A stretch of DNA of 64,000 bases from Nitrospirota bacterium (GTDB lineage Bacteria; Nitrospirota; UBA9217). Shown here piece by piece: positions 58,949-64,000 of the stretch. The notes beneath the pieces were generated by a model. That model was not told the DNA's origin and did no database searches. It saw only the letters and a list, made by a program, of their open reading frames with translations. The position numbers and the translations under genes are program-made. Location of the stretch: positions 32,001 to 96,000 of the forward strand of contig CAWIYV010000013.1 in NCBI GenBank assembly GCA_963840455.1, given 5' to 3'. Position 1 is the first letter of the stretch. Every line of letters begins with the position of its first letter.

Positions 58949-59166
58949 TCGTCAGATGTCCGTAAAAGGCTCATGAAATTCACAGAAGAGATCTTCTCTT
59001 TGTAGTGAACATATGTAATCATTTCTACCTTGGAGGGGTTCTCTGGTGAAGGTGAGGCATTGAACATGCTTAAAATAAGTTTTTCAGCAGCTGATTTATA
59101 AGAGCGGCTGTCTGCATCGGATTACAGAACTCTAGATCAGAGCGACGAATACCAGAGAAAGGAGGT

Positions 59167-59613
59167 ATGAATATGCTGAAAGCATTCAAGGATTTTATCA
59201 TGCGTGGGAATGTAGTGGACCTGGCGGTGGGTATCATTATTGGTGCAGCTTTTGGAAAGATTGTAACATCGTTTGTTAGTGATATCCTGATGCCACCACT
59301 GGGTTTGATCCTCGGAAAAATGGACTTCAGCGGGTTGTTCATCAACCTTTCCGGAACAGCCTACCCCTCGCTGACGGCGGCCAAAGCGGCTGGAGCGCCT
59401 ACCATCAACTACGGGGCATTCATCAACACGATTGTCGATTTTCTCATCGTGGCAGTATCAATATATTTCATTGTCCTGCAAGTCGCCAAGTTGCATAAAA
59501 AGAGTGAAGCGCAGCCGGCACCGACCACTAAAGAATGTCCTTATTGCCTATCGGCCATCGCGATAAAGGCAACCCGCTGCCCTCACTGCACATCTGAGAT
59601 AAAAGCAGCATAG
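59167..59613 (+). CDS. mscL: large-conductance mechanosensitive channel with C-terminal zinc ribbon
   Basis: [25 protein letters not shown]-x10-CPHC. Confidence 0.95.
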   Translation: MNMLKAFKDFIMRGNVVDLAVGIIIGAAFGKIVTSFVSDILMPPLGLILGKMDFSGLFINLSGTAYPSLTAAKAAGAPTINYGAFINTIVDFLIVAVSIYFIVLQVAKLHKKSEAQPAPTTKECPYCLSAIAIKATRCPHCTSEIKAA

Positions 59614-59675
59614 AGAGAAGATTTGATGGTGTACTAACTGGCAGAAGGAATGTTCATTCACCGGAGGGAACAACC

Positions 59676-60899
59676 ATGAAGATCAGAACGCTGGTGATGG
59701 TATTGCTGATCGTATTTGTTCTCACTCTATCGTCGGCCCCTGCCCAGATGACTCCAGGCAGCGTGTCGATCAGTCCATATTTTGGCGGTTACACATTCGA
59801 CTCCGACCTGCATCTGGAAACAAAACCGGTGTATGGATTGCGTCTGGGCTACGACGTCACCCGCCGATGGGGCCTGGAGCTTGCCGCTGACTATGTTTCC
59901 ACCGAGCTAAAACAAGGAGGGGACAAGGTAAGGTCATTGGGTTATCGACTGGACGGGCTTTATCATTTCATGCCCGATAACAAGCTCGTTCCGTTTGTAG
60001 CAGCCGGAGTTGGCGGAACGACCCTCCACTATCCCGCAGGGATGAATAATGAAACCGACTGGCTGTTCAACTACGGTGCCGGCGTCAAATACTTTTTTAC
60101 CAGCGCCCTTGCCTTGCGGGCCGATATCAGGCAACTCCTCGTGTTCGACGGGGGGCGCAGTGATTTCGAATACACCATAGGTCTCACCTTCCTGTTTGGC
60201 GGCAAGAAGGCCACTGCTGCTCCTCAGGCTCCCCCGCCGGCTGCTGCAGCGGTACTTGACTCCGATGGCGACGGCGTGCCCGATGATCTGGATATGTGCC
60301 CCGATACACCAAAAGGGGTAAAGGTTGACAAGAATGGCTGTCCGCCCGATAGCGACGGCGACGGTGTGCCCGATTATCTGGATACATGCCCTGATACGCC
60401 GAAGGGGGTAACGGTGGACAAGGACGGCTGTCCGCTCGATACTGATCGCGACGGCGTTCCTGATTATTTGGATAAATGCCCTGATACACCAAAAGGGGCA
60501 AAGGTCGATAAGGACGGCTGCCCCATTCCCCAGAAAGCGGCAGAAAAAGTCAGCATTGCCCTGGAGATAGGATTCGACACCGGCAAGGCGGACATCAAGC
60601 CGCAATACCGCGACCAGATCAAGAAGGTTGCAGACTTCATGAAGACCTATCCTGAAACTATCGCTGTCATTGAGGGGCACACGGATAATGTTGGCAAGGA
60701 GGAATCAAACCTCCGCCTTTCCACAAAGAGGGCCGAGAGCGTGCGCACCTACCTGACCGAGAAATTCGGCATTGCAGAGAACCGTCTGAGCGCCCGAGGG
60801 TATGGTTCATCGCGCCCGGTTGCTGATAATGCCACGCCGGAAGGACGGCAAAGGAACCGTCGGATCGAGGCAGTCATTGAAACGACCATCACACGATAG
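59676..60899 (+). CDS. OmpA family protein (beta-barrel + thrombospondin type 3 repeats + OmpA C-domain)
   Basis: Three D.DGDGVPD..D.CPDTPKG..VD..GCP repeats; EGHTD, N.RLS..RA, NRRIE. Confidence 0.93.
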   Translation: MKIRTLVMVLLIVFVLTLSSAPAQMTPGSVSISPYFGGYTFDSDLHLETKPVYGLRLGYDVTRRWGLELAADYVSTELKQGGDKVRSLGYRLDGLYHFMPDNKLVPFVAAGVGGTTLHYPAGMNNETDWLFNYGAGVKYFFTSALALRADIRQLLVFDGGRSDFEYTIGLTFLFGGKKATAAPQAPPPAAAAVLDSDGDGVPDDLDMCPDTPKGVKVDKNGCPPDSDGDGVPDYLDTCPDTPKGVTVDKDGCPLDTDRDGVPDYLDKCPDTPKGAKVDKDGCPIPQKAAEKVSIALEIGFDTGKADIKPQYRDQIKKVADFMKTYPETIAVIEGHTDNVGKEESNLRLSTKRAESVRTYLTEKFGIAENRLSARGYGSSRPVADNATPEGRQRNRRIEAVIETTITR

Positions 60900-61013
60900 C
60901 GTTTCTGCCGCGGCCGGAGAACGCCTTTCCTCCGGCCGCAGTTTATGAAGATCAGGCGGCCTTTGCGATTTCACCGTCAATATCATGACCGGATTCAGAC
61001 GGAGGGGAAGCCT

Positions 61014-61508
61014 GTGAACCTCTTTTTTATCGCGGTTATTATCTTACTGGTCATCGTGGGTCTCATCGCCCTTTCGGGGGACAGTCACTTGAAGACCGAA
61101 GCGGCGAACCCTGCTGAGGTTCAGGGTACATTTACGCTCCTGCTGTATGGCTCCAGCTCCCCGAATGACTTGGCGAATATCGCAATTCTTGACAAGGAAG
61201 GAGACCCCTACTCGTTCGAGATCTATGCACCTGACTATTCGTACACCGTCCGGGCCGGACTGAATGCGGCGCAGGCGCTACAGGAAGCGGAGCGGTTCGT
61301 CCGGCGCAATATCCAGTTCGAACGGTCCCGATTGCACAGAGTCCTGAGCCCTGCAGGTGCGGGGATCGGGTTTGAACTGAGGCCGCTCTATTCCGTCGGA
61401 ACATTTGGGAGAGACGACATCCTCGATGTCAGATACTCGATCAGGGACAGAAAGATCGTTGTCCGTATAAAGCTCGATCCTTCGATAGAAAAGCAAACCA
61501 CGAACTAG
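61014..61508 (+). CDS. hypothetical membrane-anchored protein
   Basis: GGAGGGG RBS, GTG start, N-terminal TM. Confidence 0.65.
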   Translation: MNLFFIAVIILLVIVGLIALSGDSHLKTEAANPAEVQGTFTLLLYGSSSPNDLANIAILDKEGDPYSFEIYAPDYSYTVRAGLNAAQALQEAERFVRRNIQFERSRLHRVLSPAGAGIGFELRPLYSVGTFGRDDILDVRYSIRDRKIVVRIKLDPSIEKQTTN

Positions 61509-61912
61509 AAGCCTGCGGGGTCACCCATGAAAAGGGCTGTTACGTGAGAAAACCGCTCTCCTGTTGAAGCCTATCCTCAAGGGTCATTAATCAATCATCT
61601 ATCCGGCCTCGATCGCGCGGCACACGGTAACGTCTGCTGCCGGCCTCTCATCCAGACTTAAAGGCTTCCTCCAGCAGGAGGAGCCATGGCACCAGGGAGA
61701 CGGCCGGTCTATTCCTTCACAAACGGCCTGTTGTCCACCAGCATCTCTCTTGCAACCGCAACCGCGCTGTATTCTTACCGTGCTTGTACGCGATCCTTGC
61801 AGCTCTTGGCAAAATGCTGGGGCCGCTCGATCAGTCTCATTTGACAGCTCTTTTCACGTGACCCGTATGCACCGTCGTTGCGCCCGGCGCGCCTTTGTGC
61901 TATATACAAACC

Positions 61913-62605
61913 ATGTTCCCGATCAAGGACACCGTGCCGCGCGTGCACTTTCCCGTGATGACCGTCGCGATCATCGCCGGGAACGTCCTGGTCTTCCTGC
62001 TTGAACTCAGCCTTCCCGAGAAGGTCCTGAACGATCTCATCTATGTATTCGGTCTGGTTCCGGCACGGTATTCCCACCCGGCCTGGGCGGAGTTCGTCGG
62101 CTATCCGCTCGACACCTACTGGCCCTTCCTCACCAACCTGTTCCTGCACGGAGGATGGCTCCATATCATCGCCAACATGTGGTTCCTCTACCTCTTCGGG
62201 GACAACGTCGAGGACCGGATGGGCCCGCTCCGATTCCTGATCTTCTATCTTCTGGCCGGGGTCGCCGCCAATCTCGTTCACTATACCTTGAGCCGGGACT
62301 CCACCATGCCCGTCATCGGTGCGTCGGGAGCGATCGCCGGCGTGATGGCCGCCTACCTGCGGCTCTTTCCCCGGGCCCGCATCACCATGCTCGTTCCCGT
62401 GCTGATCTTTCCGCTCTTCTTCGAGGTGCCGGCATTGTTCTTCATGCTCTTCTGGTTCTTCCTTCAGCTTTTATCAGGAGCAGCGTCACTGGCGGTCGCG
62501 CACTCGGGGGAGGGAATAGCCTGGTGGGCGCACGTCGGCGGTTTCGTCCTCGGTTTCCTGCTGGTCCGGCCGCTCTGCGGCAGCAGCCAGAGCGGCTGTC
62601 GGTGA
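61913..62605 (+). CDS. rhomboid family intramembrane serine protease
   Basis: FLHGG..H..ANM, GASGA, AH.GG. Confidence 0.93.
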   Translation: MFPIKDTVPRVHFPVMTVAIIAGNVLVFLLELSLPEKVLNDLIYVFGLVPARYSHPAWAEFVGYPLDTYWPFLTNLFLHGGWLHIIANMWFLYLFGDNVEDRMGPLRFLIFYLLAGVAANLVHYTLSRDSTMPVIGASGAIAGVMAAYLRLFPRARITMLVPVLIFPLFFEVPALFFMLFWFFLQLLSGAASLAVAHSGEGIAWWAHVGGFVLGFLLVRPLCGSSQSGCR

Positions 62606-62795
62606 TCACTACGCTCTTCTCCCCCATCGCTCCCTTCATGTTTCCACGAACTTCTACCGATGGATAATACCATAGTTGCATCATCTCGCGAGAGCGTGTG
62701 AGCTTTTTAGCCATCCATTCCTTTTCCCTTTTTTGGGGTATACTTGTAATGCATAAGATATATTCAAATGAAGATCTTATCTGAGGAGGTCAACA

Positions 62796-64000
62796 ATGAA
62801 CACACAGGGGAGGCATAACGGAATATTCCGTAGTTCTCTTTATTTCTTAACAGGGCTCTTTCTGGCCGCCGGTATTTCCTCATCGGACATTGCTGCGGCG
62901 CGGGAAAAGGCCATTTCGCCGGAATCTGTCAAAACGCTGAGCGGTCTGAGCGAGGCCCTGGCCGACGTTGCTGACGCCGTGCGGCCTGCGGTTGTTAACA
63001 TATCGACGACCTCGGTCGTGAACATGGAGGACAGCCCTTACGGCGATATGTTCAACGACCCGTTCTTCCGGCACTTTTTCGGCGACGGGCATCCCGGTAT
63101 GAAACGAAAATACAAGTCATCAGCCCTTGGTTCCGGCGTGATCGTGAATGAGAACGGCTTTATCCTGACGAATAATCACGTGGTCAAGGGCGCCGACGAG
63201 ATCAAGGTCATACTCTATGACAAGCGGGAGTTCAAGGGCAAGGTGGTCGGCACTGACCCGCGAACAGACCTCTCCGTGGTCAAGATCGAAGCAACGAACC
63301 TGCCGACGCTCACGCTCGGCGACTCCAGCAAATTGAAGACCGGTGATGTCGTCCTTGCCATCGGCAACCCCTTCGGCTTGAATCAGACCATCACTATGGG
63401 GATCGTGAGCGCCGTAGGGCGCTCGAACATCGGGCTTGCCGATTTTGAGGACTTCATCCAGACCGATGCGGCCATCAATCCGGGCAATTCAGGCGGAGCG
63501 CTCGTGAACGGCAGGGGCGAACTCGTTGGCATCAACACGGCGATCTTTTCGACCAGCGGCGGCTACATGGGGATCGGGTTCGCCATTCCGTCGGACATGG
63601 CGAAATCGGTCATGGACAGCATCATCAAGCACGGAAAGGTGATCCGCGGGTGGCTCGGCGTGAGCATCCAGAACCTTACCCCCGATCTTGCCAAATCGCT
63701 CGGGATCAAGGAAACGGAAGGTGCCCTGATTGCGGGCGTAGAAAACAGCAGCCCCGCGGATAAAGCGGGTCTCAAGCGGGGCGACCTCATAACCGAAATG
63801 AACGGCAAAAAGATCACCGACGCAACGACCCTTCGCAATGTGGTCGCCTCGATGGCACCGGAAGCGAAGGCCGACATCAAGATCATCAGGAGCGGCAAGG
63901 AGCTGACGATCACGGCGGTGCTTGGAGAGTATAAGGAGAAGAAGATAGTCAAGAAAACGGCGTACAATAATGCATTTAAGGGAGTCACGGTCCAGGAGCT
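62796..64000 (+). CDS. degP: Do/DegQ (HtrA) family serine protease, runs off window end
   Basis: Manual translation after GAGGAGG RBS: LGSGVIV, LTNNHVV, IQTDAAINPGNSGG, PDZ RGWLGV. Confidence 0.92.
   Translation, partial: MNTQGRHNGIFRSSLYFLTGLFLAAGISSSDIAAAREKAISPESVKTLSGLSEALADVADAVRPAVVNISTTSVVNMEDSPYGDMFNDPFFRHFFGDGHPGMKRKYKSSALGSGVIVNENGFILTNNHVVKGADEIKVILYDKREFKGKVVGTDPRTDLSVVKIEATNLPTLTLGDSSKLKTGDVVLAIGNPFGLNQTITMGIVSAVGRSNIGLADFEDFIQTDAAINPGNSGGALVNGRGELVGINTAIFSTSGGYMGIGFAIPSDMAKSVMDSIIKHGKVIRGWLGVSIQNLTPDLAKSLGIKETEGALIAGVENSSPADKAGLKRGDLITEMNGKKITDATTLRNVVASMAPEAKADIKIIRSGKELTITAVLGEYKEKKIVKKTAYNNAFKGVTVQE

Noticed and set aside
59530-59613. Zinc ribbon on MscL as a novelty
   Set aside because: This C-terminal extension is a commonly seen MscL variant
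60256-60525. Three ~90-nt direct repeats resembling an array
   Set aside because: In-frame thrombospondin type 3 repeats of the OmpA protein; not CRISPR

Overview
GC-rich bacterial chromosomal window, not phage or plasmid. Gene content and the rpiB-glyA-deaminase-nrdR-priA order resemble Nitrospirota/Desulfobacterota (inference). It carries housekeeping genes (panE, dinG/yoaA-like helicase, dtd, tRNA-Leu(CAG), bamD, pcnB, rsmE, rpiB, glyA, nrdR, priA, smpB, folA, clpS, cysM, mscL, degP), an outer-membrane lipoprotein cluster (DUF799-DUF4412, two CsgG/FlgT-like genes, DUF3015-DUF4105), sulfur-related genes (split YeeE/YedE pair, rhodanese-TolC-MFP-RND-DUF2892 operon), a Phd/RelE toxin-antitoxin pair and a P3A-type H+-ATPase. 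No CRISPR array, rRNA, integrase or transposase gene is visible. The most notable signal is intergenic. (1) Seven copies of a ~110-nt non-autonomous IS200/IS605-type element insert 3' of TGAA with no target duplication; the best-conserved copies match the guide/cleavage-site pairing rule. (2) A ~460-nt modular palindromic repeat with compensatory base changes flanks the dinG gene and hosts two of those elements. (3) A family of 7-, 8- and 9-nt-periodic inverted-repeat hairpins sits at gene junctions, and one encloses a four-helix-bundle (IVS/Avd-like) gene. (4) Three c-di-GMP-I riboswitches lie in AT-rich islets. (5) An FmdB zinc-ribbon protein has a candidate C-terminal selenocysteine with a SECIS-like hairpin. 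All family assignments are by motif recognition, not database search.
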